From Fidelibacterota bacterium (lineage in GTDB: Bacteria; Fidelibacterota; Marinisomatia; Marinisomatales; JABMOV01): DNA of 32,242 nucleotides. Below are positions 1 through 9,914 of this stretch, piece after piece; the first letter of the stretch is position 1, and the number at the start of each line of letters is the position of its first letter. Both the position numbers and the translations under genes were made by a program. The notes under the pieces were generated by a model. It was not told where the DNA came from and ran no database searches. It saw only the letters and a program-made list of their open reading frames with translations. Where the stretch lies: the NCBI GenBank assembly GCA_046861395.1, contig JBHHUC010000024.1, forward strand, positions 1 to 32,242. Reading direction: 5' to 3'.

Positions 1-1097
1 AAAAATCCGATGGCAGCAAGACCATAAACCTTTGAATTAATTCCTTTATATGATAAACCATCAATGGGGCTGCGTAATATTTCAGCAATGACATAAAAGG
101 GAAGTGCCAGAATGATTATCTTGGCTTCAGGCAGAATTTCAGTTCGATCCAGACTGTACCATAATGTTAAGATTTTTCCGTTAAAGATATACAGGAATGC
201 GGCTATTATCATGGCGATCCCAGTTGTTATTTGTAATAATCCGGCCAGTGAATATCCTAACTTATCTTTTTGTTGTTGATGTTTGATTCCTGATACCCGT
301 GGCAACATAATGATACCGATGGGTCCCAGTATAAAAAGTAATAACCGAATCAGGCTCATATTGCCATTAACCAGGGCTACATCTTTATAGGTGGCCCACG
401 ATGAGGCTAAAATACCTGGGCCAGCCAATAGGATGAACTGGGAAATAAAACTTGGAAAACGCACCAATCCATATTTCATATATATTTTTATTCGCTCCAA
501 TTGGTAGTTGCCATACGGCAGACCCCGGTATAATAGGATCAGCAGGATTCCACTGAGGAGTGAATTCACAAGTCCAATTACGGCTAATACCTGTTGGATA
601 TCATCCGTGAAATTGACAATAATAACTGGAACGATGGCAGTGGCGGATAGTTGTAATAAACTGGCCCAGAAAAATTTATGCCGCCCTCTGTAGTGAGCAT
701 ACACGAAAAACTGCATACATATCCCAATGGTATAAAGACCGTAACCCAATACGTGGTTGATCTGAAAACCTTCTGTAAATCCGGCACGAATTAGCACTAC
801 AAACATGGCTATGGCCGGCAAAGTAAACAAAATAAATATTAAAACGGAATTGCGATAGACACTCTCCTCTGACTCGCGGTTTAAAAAATAGGGTATCCCA
901 ATATTCAGGCCTATCAGGAGAATGGATACAACCGTTGTTACCGTACGTTTAATCAACAGAAACTCACCCAATACTTCAATACCGAAAAGTCGTGCAATAA
1001 TGCCATTTAATAGAAAAACACCTGATAAAACAGCTACACCATTAACTGCAATAATTAAGTACTGCTGACCAAACGTATTTCTATACTGGGAACTCAT
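1..1097 (-). CDS. wzx: Oligosaccharide/O-antigen flippase (Wzx-like), 3'-truncated by the window edge
   Basis: Not in the ORF track because it runs off the edge. Manual translation from the ATG at 1097 gives MSSQYRNTFGQQYLIIAVNGVAVLSGVFLLNGIIARLFGIEVLGEFLLIKR...LLIGLNIG...YMKYGLVRFPSF. It is multi-TM, has the ARxxGxExxG N-terminal pattern of Wzx, and lies directly downstream of wzy. Confidence 0.8.
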   Translation of the reverse strand, partial: MSSQYRNTFGQQYLIIAVNGVAVLSGVFLLNGIIARLFGIEVLGEFLLIKRTVTTVVSILLIGLNIGIPYFLNRESEESVYRNSVLIFILFTLPAIAMFVVLIRAGFTEGFQINHVLGYGLYTIGICMQFFVYAHYRGRHKFFWASLLQLSATAIVPVIIVNFTDDIQQVLAVIGLVNSLLSGILLILLYRGLPYGNYQLERIKIYMKYGLVRFPSFISQFILLAGPGILASSWATYKDVALVNGNMSLIRLLLFILGPIGIIMLPRVSGIKHQQQKDKLGYSLAGLLQITTGIAMIIAAFLYIFNGKILTLWYSLDRTEILPEAKIIILALPFYVIAEILRSPIDGLSYKGINSKVYGLAAIGF

Positions 1098-1104
1098 TAC
1101 TATA

Positions 1105-2490
1105 TTATTTACGATTCTCAATCCAATAAAGAAAAATAACTATCAGAACTAAGCCCTTAGTAAAAAACAGTATAGTAAAATTTGAACTAAAAAAACTAAA
1201 TGTAAATAATGGAACACATACGGCAATCACTGTTATGTAAATGATATTCATGGAATAGTCAGCCGTCACTAAAATCTTCCGATAAAATAAATGACTGACA
1301 AGACCAATAATTGGTGTGGATAATAAAGGCCCTATATACCCGAAATCAGCCCAGAAGTTACCTAGATACATGGCATTGGCATTCCCGGTTGTAAAAGGGT
1401 CCTTCCACCATACCTTTGCCACATAATTTGAAATGGGAAAAGTTCCAAACTGACTCATCCAGGAAAACAATTGGGATGATCGTCCCCATAGGAAATCATG
1501 TTTTTCCGGAAAATATTGAAAATAGTAGGATAACACTTCACTGGGAACGATAATAAGCCGATTGAAATAAGACAAATAAATAACACGGAAAATATCTTCT
1601 CGACCATAGAATATGAAATAGGTAATCACCATCGGACCAGCTAAGACAGCAATGATAATTCCTATTATTCTAAGGGCATTCACTTTTTTCGCTTTTAAAT
1701 AATAATAAGCTGCTATAACTAGAATAACTGTGGCCAGCGGAGACTTTTCCAATGTCATTGTATTTACAAATAATCCAATCAGAAGATAGTTTATAAAAAG
1801 AATCTTATATGTTCTTTTCTGATACAGAGTACTTAAAACTAACGACCCTATAATACCAAAAGGAATGAATAAAGACCGTAACCAGTGAACTGCATATCTT
1901 TCTATCCGTGTAATTTGTAATGTCTTTAAGGCGTCTTCTCTTAAATAAAAGAATTTTGTAGAGTCCCCGGGGGTTTTTATTAATTCAAATAATGGGATCG
2001 TATCGGTACGTAACAAATATAAGACCAAAATACCTAAGCAGAGTGTAAGTAGTATGATCAGTAATTCATAAAATCGTTTATCCATATCCATTTTACGAAC
2101 AGCTTGTTTGAGGTCTATTAATTTCACCTGCTCAATGGGACGGATCTTTTGGCCAATAATTAATCCTAGAGGAAATAAGAAATAGAAAGAAAGTATGGAA
2201 ATAAAAAATGGGATCCGGCTGGGGTGTACAGATGCGCCCGCAATATATATCGAAGGAAGGGAAATAAAAATGGTGAATGTAAGTACCATTAGCGATGGTA
2301 CCGATAAATAATTTAATCCGGTAAGCCCAAATATAAAACGATACTTATAAACTACAAATTCATAACACAATAGCGCTGATAATATACTGATTGAATAAAA
2401 AATATAATCATCAGGTATCATCAATAATGAAGTAAGGATTAATAATGGAAGGGCTAATATAATGCCCTTGTCATAATTAATGAGTTGCAT
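1105..2490 (-). CDS. wzy: O-antigen/polysaccharide polymerase (Wzy-like)
   Basis: 461 aa, very hydrophobic with many TM segments, C-terminal GNFWADFGYIG motif typical of Wzy, AT-rich, located between wzz-like and wzx-like genes. Confidence 0.75.
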   Translation of the reverse strand: MQLINYDKGIILALPLLILTSLLMIPDDYIFYSISILSALLCYEFVVYKYRFIFGLTGLNYLSVPSLMVLTFTIFISLPSIYIAGASVHPSRIPFFISILSFYFLFPLGLIIGQKIRPIEQVKLIDLKQAVRKMDMDKRFYELLIILLTLCLGILVLYLLRTDTIPLFELIKTPGDSTKFFYLREDALKTLQITRIERYAVHWLRSLFIPFGIIGSLVLSTLYQKRTYKILFINYLLIGLFVNTMTLEKSPLATVILVIAAYYYLKAKKVNALRIIGIIIAVLAGPMVITYFIFYGREDIFRVIYLSYFNRLIIVPSEVLSYYFQYFPEKHDFLWGRSSQLFSWMSQFGTFPISNYVAKVWWKDPFTTGNANAMYLGNFWADFGYIGPLLSTPIIGLVSHLFYRKILVTADYSMNIIYITVIAVCVPLFTFSFFSSNFTILFFTKGLVLIVIFLYWIENRK

Positions 2491-3834
2491 TTAAGCTGAA
2501 CTTCCATACCAGCGAATTTTGAAATAATAATAATAAACGGAGAATACTAACGCAAATACGAAACCGATAATGCAGATCCGGGCCCGGGATGGTTTGAATT
2601 TTTTCTCAGGTTTTTTTCCGTAATCCAAAACCTGCAGGGTTGGTGTATTCTTGGCTTCCTTGATCTTGGCCTCTTCATATTGCTGGGTCAGAAACATGAA
2701 AATTTGGTTCTGGACTTCCAGTTGTCGAGTTAAACGGGCATATTCCAGACCCAAATCAGGGATAGCGCCAAATTTGGGTAATAAATAATCTTTTGATTTT
2801 CCTGTATTCAAATCATTCAATTGTTCGTTCAGTAATTCAATCTCACGTTTCAGATTTATCCGGTCGGGATGGTTCTCGGGTAAAGTCTGTCCCAAGACTT
2901 CCAGTTGCACCTGGTCGGCTAATATTTGTGCTTTTATGTTAGAAGCAATTTCAATGGCCGCCTTAGTCTGATCCTCCAGCGATACGGTATTATACTTTTT
3001 CTGAAAAAGATTGAGTCTGTTTTCTGCCGAAGACAAGTCGTGTTGATTCAGTTGATACCGTTTTTCAATGAATTCCCGGTTATTTTTCGCCTGTTCACTT
3101 TTCAACAGTTTATTAACTTCATCCAGTTTTGCAATGTATGTGTTTGCCACATTTTCTACCAGTTCTTTACAGTATTCCTCATCTTTTTCCGGATGAAACC
3201 AAGGTGTGGTTGCCGTAAACGCAATTTTTATGGTCCCTTCTTCCTGCAGTTCAACCGATGTATTTTCATTCAATTCTTCCAGGGCGTCTTCCAAATATTT
3301 GGCGTTATAAAAGTCCATCAAATCGAATTCATCAATGATGGCTTCCTGCACCGTACGACTATTCAGAATCGCAATGAATGTCATCCCCTGGGAATCGTTT
3401 CCGCCACCTATCAGATTGCCGAATGGCAGTGAAGATAGGGCCGCCGATAAATTTAATCCTGTATCGGATGAGGGTGGCATGATCACCGCCACCGAGCGAT
3501 ACGTCAGTGGCATGAGCAATGAGAAAATGACGGCCAAGACAGACATAATAAATACATTGCGGAATATTTTCCATCGAACTGTCCAGATAATCTGAAACAT
3601 TTCCATAATAGTCAATTCCTCTTTATCCGAAATGGTTGCATTGACCTTTTGACTCGTTATCTTGTCCTCATCCAGCACCCCGTATTTCTTCAGATCGGCG
3701 ATTCGGTTTCGCAATGTTTTTTCCGACAGTCCGTTTTCTTCCGCCACTCGTTTACGGGCTTCGGGATTATCGATGATCTCGGGGTTCAGCCGAACCAGTT
3801 CCAGTATTTTCTCTTCGTGGGGGGTCAGTTTCAT
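2491..3834 (-). CDS. Polysaccharide co-polymerase / chain-length determinant (Wzz/GumC-like) with an N-terminal HTH-like extension
   Basis: Wzz N-terminal TM region (EELTIMEMFQIIW...LLMPLTYRSVAVIMPP), long coiled-coil periplasmic region, GNVR-like segment (TPTLQVLDYGKKPEKKFKPSR) and second TM. No tyrosine-kinase domain. Residues ~1-55 look like an HTH. Confidence 0.85.
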   Translation of the reverse strand: MKLTPHEEKILELVRLNPEIIDNPEARKRVAEENGLSEKTLRNRIADLKKYGVLDEDKITSQKVNATISDKEELTIMEMFQIIWTVRWKIFRNVFIMSVLAVIFSLLMPLTYRSVAVIMPPSSDTGLNLSAALSSLPFGNLIGGGNDSQGMTFIAILNSRTVQEAIIDEFDLMDFYNAKYLEDALEELNENTSVELQEEGTIKIAFTATTPWFHPEKDEEYCKELVENVANTYIAKLDEVNKLLKSEQAKNNREFIEKRYQLNQHDLSSAENRLNLFQKKYNTVSLEDQTKAAIEIASNIKAQILADQVQLEVLGQTLPENHPDRINLKREIELLNEQLNDLNTGKSKDYLLPKFGAIPDLGLEYARLTRQLEVQNQIFMFLTQQYEEAKIKEAKNTPTLQVLDYGKKPEKKFKPSRARICIIGFVFALVFSVYYYYFKIRWYGSSA

Positions 3835-3835
3835 A

Positions 3836-4828
3836 TTATTTCGTGGCCGCTATGTAAGTTAAATAAATGGATGCAAAGGCCGTCACAATCTGCATCGTAC
3901 TAGCATTACCGATCAACCGGCTGCGAACTGTTTCCGGGACATAGATCCGATCGCCGGCCAGTATAATGGCATCCGGTCGGGAGGCACTAGAACGATTCTT
4001 GATGGTTGCCTTCGGCGCGGATCCGGATTCCTTGGCACCACCGGCCAGAGCAATATATTCCGCCAGCGTCAATCCCGGGATAAACTGATATGAACCGGGA
4101 TATTCCACAAAGCCCGTTACCCATACCGTGGACTTGATTAATTCATAATTTTTCAGGATCACCTCTTCTTTTTCAGCCAAAATCGGAATATGAATATGAT
4201 CCCCTTCCCTGATAACAGGGTTCTGACTCAAATCACCGGTTAACAGAAAAGCCTTCAATGATATGATGTTCTGGGATCCGTCGGCATGCGTGATCTGCAC
4301 CCGTTCGGGATCCGTAAAGGGCTCAAATCCGCCGCATTGATCAATCACATCCCAGACCCGTTGAGTTGCAAACACTGGGTAATCGCCGGGCAGCTTAATG
4401 GCACCGGTAACGGGAATAACAAATTGCCGAATATCCAACAACGACACACTGACTTTACTGTTCTTATACTGTTCCGTCACGGACTGCTGAATGTCATGAA
4501 TGGCCTGAGTCAACCGGGTTCCTCCGACCATGATTTTCCCAACGGACGGAATGAGAATATCGCCCCCGGGATTGACATAAAGCTGGAAAAACATGTGTGT
4601 CCCTGTAATGATATCAATGCCCAGCTTGTCACCGGGCCCCAAGACATAGATATCCGGGTTTACAGCTTTTTCCAGCGGAGTAGCCGGGACCGTCAGGGTC
4701 ATCTCCTCCATTCGTTCCGGTTCCGTTTCATTCTCCTGACGCAAGTCCTGACGCCCGAATTGTGGTGGAATATTTTGACCCACCAACAGTGTTAATCCTA
4801 AAATAACCGTAAGATAGATTGATTTCAT
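3836..4828 (-). CDS. Polysaccharide export protein, Wza/OPX-like with SLBB domains
   Basis: Signal peptide, YVLGPGDKL Poly_export motif, repeated SLBB motifs (VTGAIKLPGDY, VTGFVEYPGSY...YIALAGG), C-terminal amphipathic helix. Confidence 0.85.
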   Translation of the reverse strand: MKSIYLTVILGLTLLVGQNIPPQFGRQDLRQENETEPERMEEMTLTVPATPLEKAVNPDIYVLGPGDKLGIDIITGTHMFFQLYVNPGGDILIPSVGKIMVGGTRLTQAIHDIQQSVTEQYKNSKVSVSLLDIRQFVIPVTGAIKLPGDYPVFATQRVWDVIDQCGGFEPFTDPERVQITHADGSQNIISLKAFLLTGDLSQNPVIREGDHIHIPILAEKEEVILKNYELIKSTVWVTGFVEYPGSYQFIPGLTLAEYIALAGGAKESGSAPKATIKNRSSASRPDAIILAGDRIYVPETVRSRLIGNASTMQIVTAFASIYLTYIAATK

Positions 4829-5905
4829 TTATGGTGATCCATATTGGGATTGATAATATGCACGGTACGCTCCCGACCGGATATGTTCCCACCAGGATTC
4901 ATGCTCCAGGTACCATGCAATCGTGGTCCTGATGCCCGTCCGAAAGGTATGCTTCGGGGTCCACCCCAGTTCATTCCTGATTTTTGTGGCATCGATGGCA
5001 TAACGAAAATCATGTCCGGGACGATCCTTCACAAAATTGATTAATTCCCGGTAATGTGCCAAATGACCCGGTTTGACCTCATCCAGGATATCACAAATCG
5101 TTTCCACGATTTCCAGGTTGCGGATTTCATTGTTTCCACCAATGTTATACGTCTCTCCCACCGTGCCCATTTTAAGGACATGAAGGATGGCTTCACAATG
5201 ATCGGCAACATATAACCAGTCCCGGATATTGCTGCCGTCGCCATAGACCGGCAACGGTTTGTTTTCCAGACAATTGATAATCATCAGGGGAATCAGTTTT
5301 TCGGGAAACTGGTAGGGACCGTAATTATTGCTACAATTGGTAACCAGGATGGGTAGGCCATAGGTTCGGTGCCAGGCCCGGACCAAGTGATCGGACGCCG
5401 CTTTGGAGGACGAATAGGGCGAACTGGGATCATAAGGTGTTTGTTCTGTAAAAAAACCGGTTGCTCCCAGAGAACCATAAACTTCATCGGTCGAAACGTG
5501 GTGAAAGCGAAATCCTTTTTGTTCCTCCTCATCCAGAGACCGGTAATAGACCAGGGATTGTTCCAGCAAGGTATAGGTTCCCATAATGTTGGTTTGGATG
5601 AAGGCACCGGGTCCGGTGATGGAACGATCCACATGGCTTTCAGCCGCAAAATTCACCACCGTATCAGGGGAATAGGTGGAAAACAGTTCCGCCACCAAAG
5701 TGGAATTATTGATATCACCACGATGAAAGTGATACCGTTCCGACGACTCGAGTTCCGTCAGATTAGCCTGGTTACCAGCATAGGTCAATTTATCAAGATT
5801 AATAATGGTGGTTTCCGGGAGTTCTTCATGGATATAGCGAATGAAATTCGATCCAATGAAGCCGGACCCGCCGGTAACCAATATTGTGTTCAAACGTTTA
5901 GTCAA
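4829..5905 (-). CDS. rfbB: dTDP-glucose 4,6-dehydratase
   Basis: Motifs [37 protein letters not shown] and DRPGHDFRY. Confidence 0.97.
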   Translation of the reverse strand: MTKRLNTILVTGGSGFIGSNFIRYIHEELPETTIINLDKLTYAGNQANLTELESSERYHFHRGDINNSTLVAELFSTYSPDTVVNFAAESHVDRSITGPGAFIQTNIMGTYTLLEQSLVYYRSLDEEEQKGFRFHHVSTDEVYGSLGATGFFTEQTPYDPSSPYSSSKAASDHLVRAWHRTYGLPILVTNCSNNYGPYQFPEKLIPLMIINCLENKPLPVYGDGSNIRDWLYVADHCEAILHVLKMGTVGETYNIGGNNEIRNLEIVETICDILDEVKPGHLAHYRELINFVKDRPGHDFRYAIDATKIRNELGWTPKHTFRTGIRTTIAWYLEHESWWEHIRSGAYRAYYQSQYGSP

Positions 5906-6449
5906 AAAGCAAATCCTTCCGCTGGTCTTTCAGGACCGGTAATTCTTTATCCTTGGCTGAAATCCGAGGTGTGGCCGCTAAGGGCCAGGTAATAGCAAGG
6001 TCCGGATCATTCCAACGAATGCCGTATTCATCATCCGGATGGTACACGTCGGTACACTTATATTGAAAAATTGTCACATCAGTAAGGGAGCAGTAGCCAT
6101 GGGCAAACCCCGGTGGAATGTACAGCATACGATGGTTGTCGGCCGATAACTCCTCTCCCACCCATTGGCCGAAGGTAGGGGATGATTGCCGGATATCCAC
6201 GGCCACATCCCACACCACTCCCGCCACCACCCGTACCAATTTACCTTGGGGAAAGTAACGCTGATAATGCAATCCCCGCAAAACCGGTCCGCGGGACAGG
6301 GCTTCATTATCCTGGACAAAATCGATGGGCAAACCGGCCTGTTGAAAGCGCTCCAATTGGTAGGATTCGAAAAAATATCCTCGTTCATCTTCGTGGACTC
6401 GCGGTTCAATGATTAAAATGTCGGGGATGGCGGTGGGAATGATATTCAT
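5898..6449 (-). CDS. rfbC: dTDP-4-dehydrorhamnose 3,5-epimerase
   Basis: Motifs [33 protein letters not shown] and GFAHG. Confidence 0.97.
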   Translation of the reverse strand: MNIIPTAIPDILIIEPRVHEDERGYFFESYQLERFQQAGLPIDFVQDNEALSRGPVLRGLHYQRYFPQGKLVRVVAGVVWDVAVDIRQSSPTFGQWVGEELSADNHRMLYIPPGFAHGYCSLTDVTIFQYKCTDVYHPDDEYGIRWNDPDLAITWPLAATPRISAKDKELPVLKDQRKDLLFD

Positions 6450-7756
6450 GCCGTCCGACGTCCCACATTTTCAAAACGGAAACCGTGATCGTGCAAGGCT
6501 TGAACACTCAGAATATTCCGCGCATCCAGAACGGCCTTTTCCGCTGCCAACTCTCCCAGCCTTTCGAGATTGAGCCCACGAAACTCATTCCACTCCGTCA
6601 TGATGGCCACAGCCTGAGTTCCGGTTACTGCCTCCTCCCAAGAACGGCAGTATGTCAGGTTCGGGAAATGGCGGGCCATGGCATCATTGGCAATGGGATC
6701 ATAGGCTTGGACGTCCACCCCTTCCCTGACAAGTCTCTGGACCAAATAAAGCGCGGGAGATTCACGCACATCATCCGTATTCGGTTTGAAACTAAGTCCC
6801 AGTACAGCGACTTTTTTCCCCGCTTTATCCGGTCCCAATAGACGGAATAATTTTTCACACATCAATTGTTTCTGGTATTCATTAGCCCGTACGGCAGCCT
6901 CAATGGTCCGCAGTGCCACATCCTGTTCTACTGCCAGATGCACCAATGCCTTGGTGTCTTTGGGAAAACAGGATCCGCCAAAGCCCGGGCCTGGATGCAG
7001 AAATTTCGATGAAATGCGCCCATCGATTCCCATGGCCTTTGCCACCACATGCACATCGGCTCCTACAGCTTCGCAAAGATTGGCGACCTCATTGATGTAG
7101 CTGATCTTCAAGGCCAGGAAGGCATTGCTGGCATATTTGATCATTTCCGCCGTTTCCACATTGGTGTGTACCATGGGTGTTTCATTAATATATAGGGGGC
7201 GGTATACATCGCGCAATAATTCAAAAGCACGTTCACTGGTCGCGCCGATAATGACCCTGTCTGGTCTGAGGAAATCATTCACCGCTGCCCCTTCGCGAAG
7301 GAACTCAGGGTTGGAAACGTAATCAAACGTTTTATAGGGAGCCAGTTGTCTAATGGTTGCAATTATTTTTTTCCCTGTTCCTACTGGTACCGTACTCTTG
7401 GTACATATTATTTTATACCCGTTAAGTTCCCGTGCAATGGTTTCACAGACCTGGAAAACGGCCCGTAAATCGGCCGATCCGTCCTCCCCTTCCGGCGTAC
7501 CCACGGCAATGAAAACAATGCTGGCATCCCGGATGGACTGGGATACATCGGTAGTAAATGACAATCGCCCGGCTTCCACATTGCGCCGGATAAGTTGTTC
7601 AAGCCCGGGCTCATAAATTGGGATTTGTCCCTGGTTGAGTTTCTCGATTTTTTCGGCATCAATATCGACACAAACCACGTCATGGCCGAAGTCGGATATA
7701 CCGGCCCCAGTAACCAGGCCGACATAACCGGTTCCGATAAAGGTAATCTTTTTCAT
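6446..7756 (-). CDS. ugd: UDP-glucose 6-dehydrogenase (UDP-glucose/GDP-mannose dehydrogenase family)
   Basis: Motifs GTGYVGL, KSTVPVGT, SNPEFLREG, GFGGSCFPKD (catalytic Cys) and FKPNTDDVRESP. Confidence 0.95.
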   Translation of the reverse strand: MKKITFIGTGYVGLVTGAGISDFGHDVVCVDIDAEKIEKLNQGQIPIYEPGLEQLIRRNVEAGRLSFTTDVSQSIRDASIVFIAVGTPEGEDGSADLRAVFQVCETIARELNGYKIICTKSTVPVGTGKKIIATIRQLAPYKTFDYVSNPEFLREGAAVNDFLRPDRVIIGATSERAFELLRDVYRPLYINETPMVHTNVETAEMIKYASNAFLALKISYINEVANLCEAVGADVHVVAKAMGIDGRISSKFLHPGPGFGGSCFPKDTKALVHLAVEQDVALRTIEAAVRANEYQKQLMCEKLFRLLGPDKAGKKVAVLGLSFKPNTDDVRESPALYLVQRLVREGVDVQAYDPIANDAMARHFPNLTYCRSWEEAVTGTQAVAIMTEWNEFRGLNLERLGELAAEKAVLDARNILSVQALHDHGFRFENVGRRTA

Positions 7757-7775
7757 ATTTCACTTTCCATATAGC

Positions 7776-7781
7776 AAGTTA
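7776..7781 (-). promoter_or_regulatory. Putative -10 element (TAACTT) of the ugd-led polysaccharide operon
   Basis: Matches the TAAHTT hexamer found before four to five other operon heads in this window. The -35 match is poor. Confidence 0.4.
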
Positions 7782-7818
7782 AAAAATACAGGTGATGGGC
7801 CACTATTCTCCAAAGAAA

Positions 7819-9912
7819 TTATATAAAACCCAATAGTCTGCGAGCCGACCATTCCACCACTAGTACTAGGATCATAATGACCAGGACCAGCCAGTGTTCG
7901 GAAGGCGTAATTCTTTGTTTGATTTGACTGTGTAATATTTTTGGTGCGATTTCCTGGATCACAGCGGAGCGGTTTTCCCAAGGCTGATATTTCCCTCGGC
8001 TCACCCGGGCCATTTGTTTCAGCAACGGTTGATTGACAAAGACATTGTTGAGTTCAATCTGACTTTCCTCGACAAAATACTCACCCTTCTGATAAGTCGT
8101 GGTGGTTCCAACTTTCATCATAATTTCATATCGGTAATGTCCCGGGGCGGCGGCCCAGAATTGTCCCTCCCACCGATCTTTCAATGCATTATACTCAAAT
8201 TCCACCGAATGAATTTGCGTGCTATCCCGCCAGATGGCCATGGTTACGTCCGAGAAAGGGACACGGGAGCCACCCAGACGATTGCCGGAAACAAATATTT
8301 CCTCCCCTTGCTGGAATTGTTTCTTGTTCAGCCGGTAATATAGTTCCTGGTCCCCGCCTGTGCGCATGAGCCAGGCCCAGGTTCCCTTGAATATTTCCCG
8401 GACATCATTTTCCTTCTGAATGGCGATGGACCGGAAATACAAAGAATACATGTCCGGCGTGGTCCAGGCGGCACTCCGGAGATTTCCTTTTTCCTGAAGA
8501 CTGAGGATGGGTTGTCCGGTATGCCTGTCCTGAATGATGATTCGTGACCGGGGAGCTGTCAATGTCAGGGGCATCACCGGAACCAGGGGAGGAAAACTGG
8601 TGCCGGTCAAATGCTCCAAAGACACATCGTAGGCCGGCAATATTCTGATTTCAGGGAGGATTTTCACTTCCGATTCTTCCGTCAGGAGGGAATCGGGGAT
8701 ACTTCCTAATTCGGCCTGAATGAGAGGTAATATCGTTTTAGCCGTGGTCGGGGATAATCCGGGGCCATTTAACCAGAAGACAGCCGAAGACTGGGAAGCA
8801 ATCTTGCGGGCCAAAATACGCTGAGCCCGGATGCTCAGCGGACGGATGGGATAATTATCAAACAGGATTAAATCATAGGGTTTTTTCCAGAACGATTTCA
8901 TCCGAGTTTCAAAATTGGGAGAACTGCCGATAAATTGATCCACTTCCGTCCGACCCATTTCCTGTAACCATTGCTTCACCAGGGTCGTATTAAACGAAGG
9001 AACGCCGGTCATCAGCGCTACAGTATAACGGTCCTTGAGTACGGAAATTGAGAAATTCTGACGATTATTGGCCACATTTAATTCATCAGACAGGGAAGAC
9101 GCCGTTAGCTGGAAATTGATTTTCCCTTGTTGTTCCGGTTTGAAGCGGAAGGTGACCCGGTTCTGTGATCCATTACCCTGCAAATCTACAAATTTTGATC
9201 CCAGCAGCTTCTTCCCTTCCATCAAGGATATATTGATTCGTTCATTCACCGGTCCCACTCCGGATATGGTAACGGTAGCTTCCACATCTTCCCCTTTAAC
9301 GACGACAGTTGGAGCATCCACCGAATGAATTTTCACATCCACCAGGGGTGTTGTATCCCCGATGGCGATGGTGTAGCAAGGACCGGTCCTTCGGTCCAGT
9401 TCCGTCACGGGATCAAATCCCTGTGTAATCTGTCCGTCACTGATCAGAATGATACCGGCCATGCCGTGGGAAAACCGATCCTTCAGGGTGGCGATTGCTT
9501 TACTGATATTCGTGGCCGTACCCAAGCCGGAGATTTCTGTCCGTCCCGGTTCCAGGTCCCGCGAAAAGGAAAATGTCTCCAGGGTCAGTCCCTTATCCCG
9601 GAGTGTACGGGTCATTTCAGCAACACCCTGGTTGATCATAGCCGGTGAAATATTCTGATGATAGGCAATGGACAGGGAATTATCGACCAGTAATATCCAG
9701 GGCAGTTCCTCACTCCGGTTTATGACATTATGGATTCGCGGTTGCAGCAATAATATCAGGGCGGTAAGGACCAGCAGGATGCGCAGACCGAATAACCAGC
9801 GAATGGATGTCAGGGACCACAGGGGTCGCCAAGTCAGGAAAGTGACCACTGCAGCCAGAAAAAGAAGGACCCAGAATACAAGATCCGGCGAACGGAGAAA
9901 TTCAATCTGCAT
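7819..9912 (-). CDS. Membrane-anchored VWA-domain protein with Ig-like and GATase-like domains
   Basis: Likely start is the ATG at 9912 (MQIEFLRS), just after the tsaD stop; the longer ORF to 10023 overlaps tsaD. Two N-terminal TMs, MIDAS motif DNSLS...GTATNI...ISDG, a CARDB-like segment (ELNVANN), and a C-terminal TM ending EWSARR. Confidence 0.75.
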   Translation of the reverse strand: MQIEFLRSPDLVFWVLLFLAAVVTFLTWRPLWSLTSIRWLFGLRILLVLTALILLLQPRIHNVINRSEELPWILLVDNSLSIAYHQNISPAMINQGVAEMTRTLRDKGLTLETFSFSRDLEPGRTEISGLGTATNISKAIATLKDRFSHGMAGIILISDGQITQGFDPVTELDRRTGPCYTIAIGDTTPLVDVKIHSVDAPTVVVKGEDVEATVTISGVGPVNERINISLMEGKKLLGSKFVDLQGNGSQNRVTFRFKPEQQGKINFQLTASSLSDELNVANNRQNFSISVLKDRYTVALMTGVPSFNTTLVKQWLQEMGRTEVDQFIGSSPNFETRMKSFWKKPYDLILFDNYPIRPLSIRAQRILARKIASQSSAVFWLNGPGLSPTTAKTILPLIQAELGSIPDSLLTEESEVKILPEIRILPAYDVSLEHLTGTSFPPLVPVMPLTLTAPRSRIIIQDRHTGQPILSLQEKGNLRSAAWTTPDMYSLYFRSIAIQKENDVREIFKGTWAWLMRTGGDQELYYRLNKKQFQQGEEIFVSGNRLGGSRVPFSDVTMAIWRDSTQIHSVEFEYNALKDRWEGQFWAAAPGHYRYEIMMKVGTTTTYQKGEYFVEESQIELNNVFVNQPLLKQMARVSRGKYQPWENRSAVIQEIAPKILHSQIKQRITPSEHWLVLVIMILVLVVEWSARRLLGFI

Positions 9913-9914
9913 TT

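Noticed and set aside
5369..5992. Long antisense or alternate-frame ORFs (e.g. 5369-5992, 2926-3432, 4286-4795, 12226-12759, 21870-22490)
   Set aside because: Shadow ORFs of well-supported genes, with no motifs of their own.
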